A stretch of DNA of 63,282 nt, counting the filler, from Octopus bimaculoides (lineage: Eukaryota), in NCBI RefSeq assembly GCF_001194135.2. It is 5 parts of 5 records of this genome, joined end to end, with 100 filler letters (N's around TTAATTAATTAA, not from the genome) between each part and the next. Parts side by side here need not be neighbours in the genome. Positions count along the whole stretch, not along the records: positions 18,467 to 42,705 come from NC_069000.1; positions 42,806 to 52,973 come from NC_068984.1; 3 more parts are not named here. One strand, given 5' to 3'. A program made the position numbers and the translations under genes. This document shows, in pieces, positions 37,942 through 49,599 of the stretch; within the stretch, counting starts at the first letter, position 1, and each line of letters starts with the position of its first letter. Below the pieces are notes generated by a model. The model was not told the DNA's origin. It saw only the letters and a program-made list of their open reading frames with translations, and did not search any database.

Positions 37942-38846
37942 ATGCTTATAGATTCTCCATTCCAACATTATTTCTGTATACGTGGGTGTACATGTGCATA
38001 TGAAAGTATATACGTACATACATATATATATNNNNNNNNNNNNNNNNNNNNNNNNNNNNNNNNNNNNNNNNNNNNNNNNNNNNNNNNNNNNNNNNNNNNN
38101 NNNNNNNNNNNNNNNNNNNNNNNNNNNNNNNNNNNNNNNNNNNNNNNNNNNNNNNNNNNNNNNNNNNNNNNNNNNNNNNNNNNNNNNNNNNNNNNNNNNN
38201 NNNNNNNNNNNNNNNNNNNNNNNNNNNNNNNNNNNNNNNNNNNNNNNNNNNNNNNNNNNNNNNNNNNNNNNNNNNNNNNNNNNNNNNNNNNNNNNNNNNN
38301 NNNNNNNNNNNNNNNNNNNNNNNNNNNNNNNNNNNNNNNNNNNNNNNNNNNNNNNNNNNNNNNNNNNNNNNNNNNNNNNNNNNNNNNNNNNNNNNNNNNN
38401 NNNNNNNNNNNNNNNNNNNNNNNNNNNNNNNNNNNNNNNNNNNNNNNNNNNNNNNNNNNNNNNNNNNNNNNNNNNNNNNNNNNNNNNNNNNNNNNNNNNN
38501 NNNNNNNNNNNNNNNNNNNNNNNNNNNNNNNNNNNNNNNNNNNNNNNNNNNNNNNNNNNNNNNNNNNNNNNNNNNNNNNNNNNNNNNNNNNNNNNNNNNN
38601 NNNNNNNNNNNNNNNNNNNNNNNTATATATATATATATATATATTAAGTCAGCTATCACGAATCCATAAACACATATAAAATATACAAGGGTATATTTTC
38701 TTCCATCCGAAGATATGCTCAGGCCATATAAATTTAATATTTACTTAACATTTATTGAGTATTAATTGAAACAGCTGTAAGGAAAGGTGCTGTTAATAAT
38801 AAACAATTATTAACTTCACAATCTACATTATCTTTTTGTTCTTATA

Positions 38847-40378
38847 CAGTAGTGGCCATAATATACGGGTCAGTAAGAACACGTATATTGAAATAGTTAT
38901 AGAAGATTTACAAAATGTTGACCCTAGATATTTGACATACAGTTAGATATATCTACTATCCATCTTCCGTGGAAATTGCAAGTGAATGGATTGAATATTT
39001 AGTAAGTTATGAGGAAATAAACAAATAATCTTCCAAACTGCAACGGCCAAAATTTTAGGGTCACCTACATAAACAATAAAAAATGGAAGAACAAAAAAAA
39101 AAGAAACCGTTACTATTAATATTTTGTGAACATCCCTTTACTCTCAATGACTTCCTGACATCTGTTACCACATGATTGAATTAGTTTCGTTTTTCTATAA
39201 TTCCCAGCGTTCATCTTGGTTCTTTGGATTTCTCCTTCGCGCCCCATGTCCAATAATCTTCCAAACGTTTTCTATAGGTCTGAGATCGGGACTTTGAGGT
39301 GGCCAGTCCATGCGATCAACCCCTTCATCACTCAGCGTTGTGCTGCACGGAGATTGCAGGTTGAACTGACAGGGAACGGAGATGAAGAAGGGCATGCTGT
39401 CTAAGAATCTGCTTGTAGATTTCAGCATTGAAATTCGCCCTTGTAGGCGAATAAGTGGACCAGGACCAGAGATCACTTCCCATGCCATTACTCTGCCTCC
39501 TCCATATTTCACTGTCTTTTTCACACTTGCACGAGATAACCTTTCACCACTTCTTCGTTGAACGTACATCCTGCTATCGGAACCAATCACATTATCTTCG
39601 ATTCATCGCTAAAATGAACCTGCGACCACTGTTCTTCTGTCCAAACGACATGCTCGTGAGCGAAACGAAGAAGAGCTCTTTGATTCTTCTTGGAGATCAG
39701 AAGTTTCTATGTTGGTGCCCGACCAAGCAACCCAGAACCTTGTAACCTCCGAGAAACTGTTTGGCGCGATACGTTGACATCGGAAGTGGAGCTAAACTCG
39801 CGGGATACCTCAGCAGCACTCTTAAACCTATCCTTCAGAGGCATTCTAACCATAATACGATCCTGTCTTGGAGAAGTCTTAAAAGATCTACAGGTTTGGG
39901 TTTAGCATCTGCCCATCCTGATGACTTAAAACTAGCTACAATTCGTTGCACAACACTTCTAGACCTTCCTACAGTAGTGGAATTTGACTTGCCATGTTGG
40001 TGAAGGCGCACAATGCTTCGTTTTTCTTTACAGGACACTGGTCGTGTCTCACAAGCCGCCATGTTGACAGTTGAACGTTCCAATAATGTAAGATCATAAG
40101 AAGTAACTGTTTGCCCATTAGCAGTCTTCAAAACAACATATACTCCGGCTAGTAGTTCATTTTTTCTCAGTGAATCTCAACTTGTGGCCGCTACAATTTG
40201 GAAGATTGTTTGTTTATTTCCTTATAACTTAAGAAATATTTATTCCATTCACTGGAAATTAGATATTAGATACGTCTGTATATATGTAATATAGCTAGTC
40301 TCAATGTGTTGTTAGTCTTCTATAATAACTATTTCAATACACTTGTTTTTACTGACCCTTATATTATGGCTGCTACTG
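38847..40378 (-). mobile_element. Full-length defective Tc1 transposon with ~210-bp IR/DR TIRs and TA TSD
   Basis: TA-CAGTAGTGGCCATAATATACGGGTCAG... and ...CTGACCCTTATATTATGGCTGCTACTG-TA. Transposase relics FSDESK, TVKYGGGRVMAW and DWPPQSPDLRPIENVW. Confidence 0.95.
39195..40062 (-). pseudogene. Tc1 transposase pseudogene
   Basis: MAACETRPVSCKEKRSIVRLHQHGKS...; several frameshifts and stops; the second catalytic Asp region (QDNAP) is deleted. Confidence 0.9.
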
Positions 40379-40474
40379 TATATGTATGTATATAATTATG
40401 TATATATNNNNNNNNNNNNNNNNNNNNNNNNNNNNNNNNNNNNNNNNNNATATATATATATATATATATATATA

Positions 40475-40545
40475 CAAGCGTTTAACTAATACATCCATTT
40501 GTTGTTTACACCACCTGTCTTCGTCTGTTGTTTTTTTCGTAAATT
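40475..40545 (+). mobile_element. 3' tip of Penelope-like terminal repeat (same family as 41905-42110, opposite orientation)
   Basis: AGCGTTTAACTAATACATCCATTTGTTGTTTACACCACCTGTCTTCGTCTGTTG matches the reverse complement of 41910-41975. Confidence 0.75.
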
Positions 40546-41779
40546 CTCCCATATATATATATATATACACATAGAGTAATAGAAATAATATATATATAGA
40601 GAGAGAGAGGGATATAACTTTAAATACAAAACTATGGTTGCAATCCAATCTATTCACGTTTCATTTTGGGGTCGCGCACATTTACGGTCACAGATCTTAT
40701 TTCGATACACAAATTATTCTGTTACTTGTTTCAGTTATTTTATTCCAATCATTATGAGGTTCCACCTTGGAAGGCTTTTTTCGATCATATCGGCCCCGAT
40801 ATTTTTTCTTTTTCTCGATTAATTTTGTCGCTCTCCTCGGATATAAAGATACCCAACATAGGCTCCTATGTTGTTTAGAATTAAAACATCCAGGGACGGT
40901 CCCAGGGACGGTCCCAGGGCACAAAGTCAGGAGGCAATGCAATTCCAGGAAAAATGTGCGCAATAACATTATTTAGAAAAGCTCACTTATTTTCTTGAGG
41001 GCGGAACGTGCACCTCCGCACCAACCTTGGATCCGCCCCTGACAACCACGGTCATTTTCATACGTATACACATACGCTTATGCACACACAAAGGTATGCG
41101 TGAGTATTTATTTATAGGACGTTTCTGCAAAATCCAAAGTGACAACAACTCTCTGTTGTAGGGTATAGTGCCGGAGAAACGCATTTTCCTTATATACGAT
41201 ATGGCAGAACAACACATTTCCTTGTATTAGTTCGAAAGTGCTCGATACCGTCTATCTACTACTGAACAGACGATATTTACTCCGAAACATTGTGTCGACT
41301 AAGTTTAATTATATCTCTTGGACCGAACGTTCTGCTTGCACATATCTGTATGGAGAAGTTGTTCCCTACTACGATACAATACTTTCGATTGGGCAAGAAG
41401 ACAAACATTTATACACGCATGGTTAATTTGGTTTTCACCGTTTTACGTTCACGGGCACATCGAGACAGACATACAAATACACACATATAATATGTACCTA
41501 TGTGTTTATATAGGTGTCGAAATCGTGATATTTGGTCGATAACTGATGAGATATGGAGCATGTCTATGTCTATTGTTTGCAGGCTTTTCCAGCTTTTGCA
41601 TATGTTCATTTACCCTTCCCTGAGCCGGATTTTATTTTGTGTGTCTTGTTTCCAAAAGATGCTCATAATAATGTAGTCAGAATATTGGATGATTACATAC
41701 TGACAATCTTATTATTCTAAATATACAATATCTGTACATCACTTCAAAAACTCTCTCACTTTCTGTCTCTGTCTCTGTC

Positions 41780-41828
<49 letters not shown>

Positions 41829-41836
41829 ATATATAC

Positions 41837-41894
<58 letters not shown>

Positions 41895-41904
41895 NNNNNN
41901 NNNN

Positions 41905-42110
41905 CCAAAAAAACAACAACTAACGAAGACAGGTGGTGTAGAAAACAAATAGATTTATTAGTATAACGCTCGGGAATTGAAAACGTCTTTAACGTTTCGA
42001 GCCTACGCTCTTCTACAGAAAGGAACGCAGAAAGAAATAAGGAGAGTAACAAGGAGAGGAAAAAAAATTATGTAGTGGTTAGTGATCACAAACACACACA
42101 CACAGATACA
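41905..42110 (-). mobile_element. Penelope-like terminal repeat with HHR-like fold
   Basis: Pyrimidine-rich leader, then CUUU-CUGUAGA-A-GAGC-GUAG-GCUC-GAAA-C-GUU-AAAG (41987-42022), then AATAAA; next to (TA)n. Confidence 0.6.
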
Positions 42111-42349
42111 CAAACATACATATAGAAGAGACAGAATGAATGAGGGAGGGAGAAAGAGTTTCTGTTTATAAAATAGTCTTTAAAAGTTATTGTTCGTTCT
42201 GAGTTAGGAAGACATCTTCACCACGTGGTGGTGACACCTCTTCCTGACCGTACACCCTTATAGCACATATTATAAATGTGTAATTGTTTAGAATATACCC
42301 CTTTACACTATGAGAATATTAATGTTTTTCCAAACAGCTGCAGCCACAG

Positions 42350-42363
42350 AAGTAGTAGCTATG

Positions 42364-42397
<34 letters not shown>

Positions 42398-42705
42398 GTT
42401 CAGTTATATCTGCATTGGTGATCGTGGTCGTACTGACAGTATGTAGTTGGATAAGCTCCCACCCCACGCTCAGCCCAGCCGCCGCTACCACCACCGCTGC
42501 TACTGATGCTATGCTTCCTACAGTTGATCGAAGCAGTAAAATGCAACAGCAGCAGCAGCAGTAACAACCAACTCTTGCCATAAACAGTGCTGGTATTAGG
42601 AGTAGCAGTATGAGTATTAACGGCAGCAGCAGCAGCAGTAGCAGAACGAGTAGCAGCAGCAGCAGTTGTAGTTGTGGTAGTAGTAGTAGTAGTAGTAGTA
42701 GTAGT
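42350..42705. repeat. (GTA)n/(GCA)n microsatellite complex
   Basis: Seen directly in the sequence. Confidence 0.9.
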
Positions 42706-43429
42706 NNNNNNNNNNNNNNNNNNNNNNNNNNNNNNNNNNNNNNNNNNNNTTAATTAATTAANNNNNNNNNNNNNNNNNNNNNNNNNNNNNNNNNNNNNNN
42801 NNNNNCATATACACATTCACATACACGTTCACATCGTGCACAAACCCCTTCACACACGTGCGCATACACGAGCGCCCATGCACGCAGACGCACGCACACC
42901 CACCCACCCACACACATGCAAGCCTAAAAAGACACGACATGGCAATAATCAAATTCGGGTTCGCTGCCCCTTGAAATCTCCATCGGTAAGTGGTCTTCGA
43001 CCTAATACTTCTGAGTGAAATGTTGAAGACGGAGACTGTACGGAAACCCATCAAATGAACTGTATCGATTTTGGACTGGTAGACTTAATTTATCACCCAG
43101 TTTAAACACAACAACCTGACTCAGGGATACCCTTGGTGAATTTCACTTTGTTGCAAGTATTAAAACCAGCTTTCTAGCCCGGGGTCACATAACTCGATAT
43201 CTTGATTTGTTACTACTGAAACAATAAATGGATCCTAGCTTCTCATCCCCTCTTCTTCAACCAGTCATGGACGCCCTACAAAAAGTCATGAGCGCTGTTC
43301 TTTCCCTGCTAACTAAATCATACAAAGGTGCTCGTACTTATACATATTCATTTTTGCATGGTGGTATATAATTGAGGGACGGATTAAATCTACTCTTCAA
43401 CGGTAGAAACAGTCCAGTTGCCGTATTCT

Positions 43430-44043
43430 TTTAATCTCACTTCCAAGATTACATACATGGAATTCAAGAACAAGAGACCCTCACCAAATACCAACAGCAT
43501 AAAATGCTGAAAACATTGACAGACAACAAATGTTGGCTGTGCAAGACCAAGACTAAAAACATTATCTTCCCATGAGGTATGATGCGCTGGAACAGGATAA
43601 CAAAAAAGAAAATACCTCCAGACGAAGTTGAGTATGTTGAGCCCGATGAGTCCAAAAGAATATTGGTGGAGCTTAAAAATTAGAACAGCCACCAAGTTAA
43701 AACACAACCGGCCAGATATTGTTCTGTGAGAGCACAAATGAAAGATATGTCCTGCATTATAAATCAGTTGCGTTCTGGACACCAAAGTGATTAGAAAAAT
43801 AAAAGAGAAAGAAAACATCTATGAACCATTGATAAGGAGTTTGCAAATCCAGTACCCAAGGTACACTTTCAGCTTCATATTTATTATCATTGGCGCAACA
43901 GGATACATACCAATCTGTCAGGAGCAAAGTATGGTTGAATTTGGGTTCTTGGGGGTGAGCACTCAAATCCTTTCATACACTAGAAATGATCACAATATCT
44001 GGGACTAAAATATCTGTAAGATTTTCTTAGGATTTAAAGCGTA
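43430..44043 (+). mobile_element. R4/Dong-clade LINE 3' coding remnant (second subfamily)
   Basis: YIHGIQEQETLTKY...DNKCWLCK..., WWSLKIRTATKLKHNRPDIVL, KIKEKENIYEPLIRSLQIQYPRYTFSFIFIIIGATGYIP: zinc knuckle plus PD-type restriction-like endonuclease motifs. Confidence 0.8.
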
Positions 44044-44385
44044 GTGACGTCATTTGGCGCCAAGGTACAGTCGCCATTACTGCGTTTTTCATCTACGCAT
44101 GCGCAGGGAATAGTTCCAGAAGGAACACAGGAAGAGTCCCATGCGCATGCGTGGAATTCAACATCTAAACGTTCCCGCTCAATTCATTCTTTTTCTCGGT
44201 CGGCCGGCCATGAGCATGGTCATGTCAAGCAGTGTCTCCAACATTCCAACTCTGGAGCTAGACAAATAACCTCTCAACATCATTGACGGCGTCTCAGCAA
44301 CCAAAGGGCGAAGTGCTGCCTATTTCCACTGTAAATAAATATTGTTGTGTTGATAGTTCGGAGTTCTGCGTTCCATTATTATTTA
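44041..44385 (+). mobile_element. GC-richer unit, possibly a solo LTR or LINE 3'UTR
   Basis: Begins GTAGTGACGTCA, has an internal hairpin at 44095-44152 and AATAAA near 44335, ends ...GCGTTCCA. No TSD found. Confidence 0.3.
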
Positions 44386-47368
44386 GAATTTAATATAGGA
44401 AAGCAGGTGTACACCTAATGGTGTATAACCACTTACCTATAAAAGGATGATGAACAAGACAAAATGCTTTCCTTCACAACCTTGCTACCAAATTGGTGGC
44501 CGGTCGAAATTTATTCTAAATTCAAAAGAGAATGTGAACATACACACACATGTCGATCGAGTAAAGAAGACTTGTTTTGGAGGATGCTGTTTAAGCTGTA
44601 TTAAAACCATGAAAAACCATCAGAGATTGTGGCGATTCTTGTGTGTTATTCAAAACTAGAAAGAGAGTGAGGGGTAATATTGTTTTATAGAAAAACAGTA
44701 TAGTTGTGCTGTTGAAATCGACTAAATAGTTACATCCCACTTGGATGATGCTTACGATCTCTCAATTCATAGAGGCAATGCATGTTTGGTGTGAGGTTGC
44801 AAGTGGATGAAGCATGTGTATGCGAATGGATTGAGGAAAGAGAGGAAAATGTTGTTATTTAGCTCCAGGGTCAACCTAAGTAAGCAAGCCTATGATCTAA
44901 GACATTCTAGCAACGACCTAAGCATGTGGTATTTACAGTAAGCAATGCATTGCCTTATACAACGGTAGTACGACTTCAGGAAAATTTGGTTAATGTTTCT
45001 AACAGGTCTAGAGACCACATAGACGCTTTCCTTGTACCATGGACACGTTTATCTCAACTTATGGTACGTGATTAACACTAAGCATTAGCTTCTGTTAACT
45101 TAACTCACTTATCCCCTACTCCTTAAAAAAACTTATCGCTAATGCCTCTGCCTTTTTATAGTAACTAGACAATACAAAAATAGAAAAATTCAAAGTTATC
45201 TTCAGCGACCTAACATTAATTTCGGTGAGGGTTTATCGTACCCAGATAGAAGGTTTGGACAGTAAATTTGCATTGTGTTAATTTTTTTTCTTTCACGCGA
45301 GATCTCTTCTTACACAGCAGGGATTCTTTGCTGTCGGTGACTGTGTAATCACAGTTAATTTTGGAAACGGAAGCTATGTCCGCTCTAAGCGAACAGACTG
45401 GCTAATTGACAAGTCTAATTGGTAGTAGTAAGTTAAGTAAATAGACAAACTAAAGCGTTACCGACGATGATGATGCGAAAGGAGAGATGAGGAACTGAGA
45501 TGAGAAAGACGTGACTATAGTGACGACAAACAAAATCGATCAAAAGAAAAAGAACCCAATAAGGAAGTCTCTACACTGTCACTCAATCCGCAAAACAATA
45601 AGTCAAATTTCCCTCAAATCACATACTTTGCTATCTTACAAAGAAAAAAAAGAGACATTTTAGGCAATCAAAGTAACAATAAAGTTGGTGTTACTATAAA
45701 TGATATAGTTAAGCCAAGAAATTAAATTGATTAAAATTACATCCTCAGTGATGAGGACAATAATTATACAAAAGATAAATTATAATAAAATGAACAAGGA
45801 AGACAACCCTCAAATTTTAATTAATTAAAATTAATTACAAACGGGATGTAGCGGGAATGAAGTCTGACCTTTAGCATTATGGTAAAGTTTCTGGATATGT
45901 TTCAGTTTTATTGGTAGATTATATATCAATTAGATAACGGTTTGTCTTACTACATCACATCAAGTATATTAGTGCTTATTTTATTAAATTTTTGTGCAGT
46001 ATGTACCTTAGGTTCCCCACCCCCAGTCGTTCTTTTAAGATATAACACAACTCTGTTCATCCACAAAAATGCTATATACTTCTCTCATCATTATAAAGTC
46101 TGCAATAAAGGTTAGACCCTGCTTTGTTGATGAGGTTTAATAAGACTGAAATAAAACCTAGTGTTGTTACCATACTATTATTAAACTTACTCCTCAAGGG
46201 CAGTCTATATAAAATCAATTCTAATTGATTGGAATTTTATTGTAATCTCTAATCTTTTTCTACAGCTTTTTGACCAAAATTACTTATATAGAAAGGGATT
46301 GTTTACATTATTAATGATGCAATTTTAATTACATCACTAATGATGAAATAGCTTGGTTTTCTACTTTAAGCAAATTAAGGTTTCCCGGTATTTTCCCATG
46401 TTATTCTCTTTATTAAATAGTGTAGACCTAGAAAACTATATCATGGGCTTAACAGATATGATAGTTACAGTTAAAAAGCCTTTGAATACAGGTTTTCTAA
46501 ATCACAGTTTACCTGGGCAACAGCAAAACTCAAAGAGAAAATACAATTTTATCAAAGTACTAAGGGACGAAAGATAACCAGCGAGGGAAGTGTTGCAAAT
46601 TGATCAGATTGAATGAAATGATTCTGGTGTAGCTGAAAAATTCTTTTATAGTCAACCGATCTACTGAAATAAGAACTTACTAACTGGTTGTTATTTGTCT
46701 GTTTTTGTATTTTCCTTTTTATTACTATTTAGGCGGAAATTAGATTTATATTTTGATTTCTCTTTGTTTTGTATTAGCAAAATCAATATTAGGAAGAGAA
46801 TTGGCATAGAGCGCAAGGTATTTAGCTACGTACATTTTGAGTTAAGATACCGCCAAGGTTAGCTATATCTTTCATCCTTCTGATCTCTATAAAAAGAATC
46901 TCAGCTGAATTCTGGTTTGATCTTATCGACTCTACCTTACCCACAAATTTAATAGTGAAGTTGTTAGCTTTATATTTAATGCAATGAAACATAATCAGTC
47001 ATAATAAATGCTGTTGTGTATTACCATATAGAGACAAAAATACACACACGTATACATACATACATACAGGCAGACAGACATACATACAGACATACATACA
47101 TACAGACAGACTGACTGACAGATGGACATGTATGTATGTATGTATGTATGTATGTATAGTTTAATACACCCACTGTTGAGACTCTTCATGAAAGAATGAC
47201 AAAGAAAACGGTGATCAAACTTTTGTATTTATTCAGACTTAGAACAAAAACAAGAAGGGAACAACGAGAAGAGCATTGCATAGTTATCGTAATGAAACGA
47301 CAAAAGAATCAAATACAAGGACAGATATCAGAAAGATTGTCACAAAGAATTCAACTATCAATGAAATA

Positions 47369-47427
47369 TTCTTTTCTACTCGAGGCACAAGGCCCGAAAT
47401 TTCGGAGGTGGGGACCAGTCGATTAGA
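47369..47427 (-). mobile_element. 59-bp 5'-truncated SINE-B with 18-bp target-site duplication
   Basis: TCAACTATCAATGAAATA at 47351-47368 and 47428-47445 flanks the reverse complement of CTAATCGACTGGTCCCCACCTCCGAAATTTCGGGCCTTGTGCCTCGAGTAGAAAAGAA. Confidence 0.92.
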
Positions 47428-48114
47428 TCAACTATCAATGAAATAATGAACTGAGAAATGTTATACGTCTCTTCAAGATGGTTCAATGCGAGTCAGTATA
47501 ACATGTAAATACCTGTGTATAAAAATTAACGTAGTTTTGTATTTTAACCTTTCTTTGTTCTCATATCAATACATCTAAGTACGATAAACATCTTTGTTGT
47601 CAAATAGAGAGAAGAAAAACTCATTCGCTTGATCAATTCTGGTCAAGAAAAACAGGGGAAACAATATCGAATTTAAATAAATAAAAATAACATGTATTAT
47701 ACGCACCCCAGATTTTAATCTTGATTTTAGTGGGAGAAAAGGTGTATATTATTCATGTTTGGGTCCTGTTAAACCTCTTCAGCAGAGTATACCATCACTT
47801 GCCAGACTCTAGATGATTAAGATATAAAGATTTTGAATGAATAAACGTGACAAATTAGTAAAGGCAAAAGTTGGAAGTAAGGGGGGGAGAAGGAGCATTT
47901 ATTGATATATGCATTTAGTCGGCAAAATATGAAATCAAAGAGTGTTTAGTGGTGGTAGTGGTGGTGGTCGGGGGTGGTATTGAAGAATTAAGCTTTATCT
48001 TTCACACCTCGATATCACCTCTTTTAGATTTTCAGCCTTAGCCTATGTGTGATATGGCTGTATCGTTAGTGTTTACATCCGGTTCTCTAGCATATAATGT
48101 TTGTTTCACACACA

Positions 48115-48158
<44 letters not shown>

Positions 48159-48889
48159 NNNNNNNNNNNNNNNNNNNNNNNNNNNNNNNNNNNNNNNNNN
48201 NNNNNNNNNNNNNNNNNNNNNNNNNNNNNNNNNNNNNNNNNNNNNNNNNNNNNNNNNNNNNNNNNNNNNNNNNNNNNNNNNNNNNNNNNNNNNNNNNNNN
48301 NNNNNNNNNNNNNNNNNNNNNNNNNNNNNNNNNNNNNNNNNNNNNNNNNNNNNNNNNNNNNNNNNNNNNNNNNNNNNNNNNNNNNNNNNNNNNNNNNNNN
48401 NNNNNNNNNNNNNNNNNNNNNNNNNNNNNNNNNNNNNNNNNNNNNNNNNNNNNNNNNNNNNNNNNNNNNNNNNNNNNNNNNNNNNNNNNNNNNNNNNNNN
48501 NNNNNNNNNNNNNNNNNNNNNNNNNNNNNNNNNNNNNNNNNNNNNNNNNNNNNNNNNNNNNNNNNNNNNNNNNNNNNNNNNNNNNNNNNNNNNNNNNNNN
48601 NNNNNNNNNNNNNNNNNNNNNNNNNNNNNNNNNNNNNNNNNNNNNNNNNNNNNNNNNNNNNNNNNNNNNNNNNNNNNNNNNNNNNNNNNNNNNNNNNNNN
48701 NNNNNNNNNNNNNNNNNNNNNNNNNNNNNNNNNNNNNNNNNNNNNNNNNNNNNNNNNNNNNNNNNNNNNNNNNNNNNNNNNNNNNNNNNNNNNNNNNNNN
48801 NNNNNNNNNNNNNNNNNNNNNNNNNNNNNNNNNNNNNNNNNNNNNNNNNNNNNNNNNNNNNNNNNNNNNNNNNNNNNNNNNNNNNNNNN

Positions 48890-48940
<51 letters not shown>

Positions 48941-48949
48941 ATGTGTGTT

Positions 48950-49158
48950 TGTATGTCTGTGTTTGTCCCCCCACCATCGCTTGACAACCGATGGTGGTGT
49001 GTTTACGTCCCCGTAACTTAGCGGTTCAGCAAAAGAGACCGATAGAATAAGTATTAGGCTTCTAAAGAATAAGTCCTGGGGTCGACTTGATCGACTAAAG
49101 GCGGTGCTCCAGCATAGCCGCGGTCAAATGAATGAAACAAGTAAAAGAGTAAAAGAGA
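48950..49158 (+). mobile_element. SINE-A 3' half (5' half probably lost in the gap)
   Basis: CTTGACAACCGATGGTGGTGTGTTTACGTCCCCGTAACTTAGCGGTTC...GGCGGTGCTCCAGCATAGCCGCGGTCAAATGAATGAAACAAGTAAAAGAGTAAAAGAG. Confidence 0.93.
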
Positions 49159-49599
49159 GAGTATATACAAATTTCAACGCGGAACAATGAAAAAATACAT
49201 AATTCCTTACTTTCTATGGTATTTGAAATCACGTTTCTGAGTTTTTGAAGATAAAGAATTTTAATAAACTATTTCAATCTGAAACAATTACCGCACAATA
49301 TTCAAAGACGAACCCAATTCCATTTGCTTGATATGCCTATGTAACATAGAGTGAAGCTTACCAGAGAAAGTGCTCGGAAAATGATTGAAACTGAAACAAT
49401 CTCCAAACAAAATGGAGGCCTTCTTTATAATTTTATTTTCTTTTTGTACCCGTTCACCATCCAGTCTTTAGCAGCTTTAGCATAATCACCAGAACAACAA
49501 GACAAAGTCTCACTGAGCTGAGTAGCAGCAAAGCTTCAAATAAACCAACAGTATTTTCTTTTATTATAACATGTACAATAAAGCTCCACTCTACACTGA

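Noticed and set aside
40890-40920. CCAGGGACGGTC tandem repeat (PGTVPGTVPG)
   Set aside because: Only 2.5 units of 12 bp, a simple local duplication; not CRISPR-like and not in a credible ORF.
40997-41041. AGGGCGGA.../GGATCCGCCCCT mini inverted repeat resembling Harbinger MITE ends
   Set aside because: Short, imperfect and without a TSD.
41514-41555. GAAA...CTGATGA arrangement suggesting a type II hammerhead
   Set aside because: Stems II and III can be drawn, but there is no room for stem I between the cleavage triplet and CUGA.
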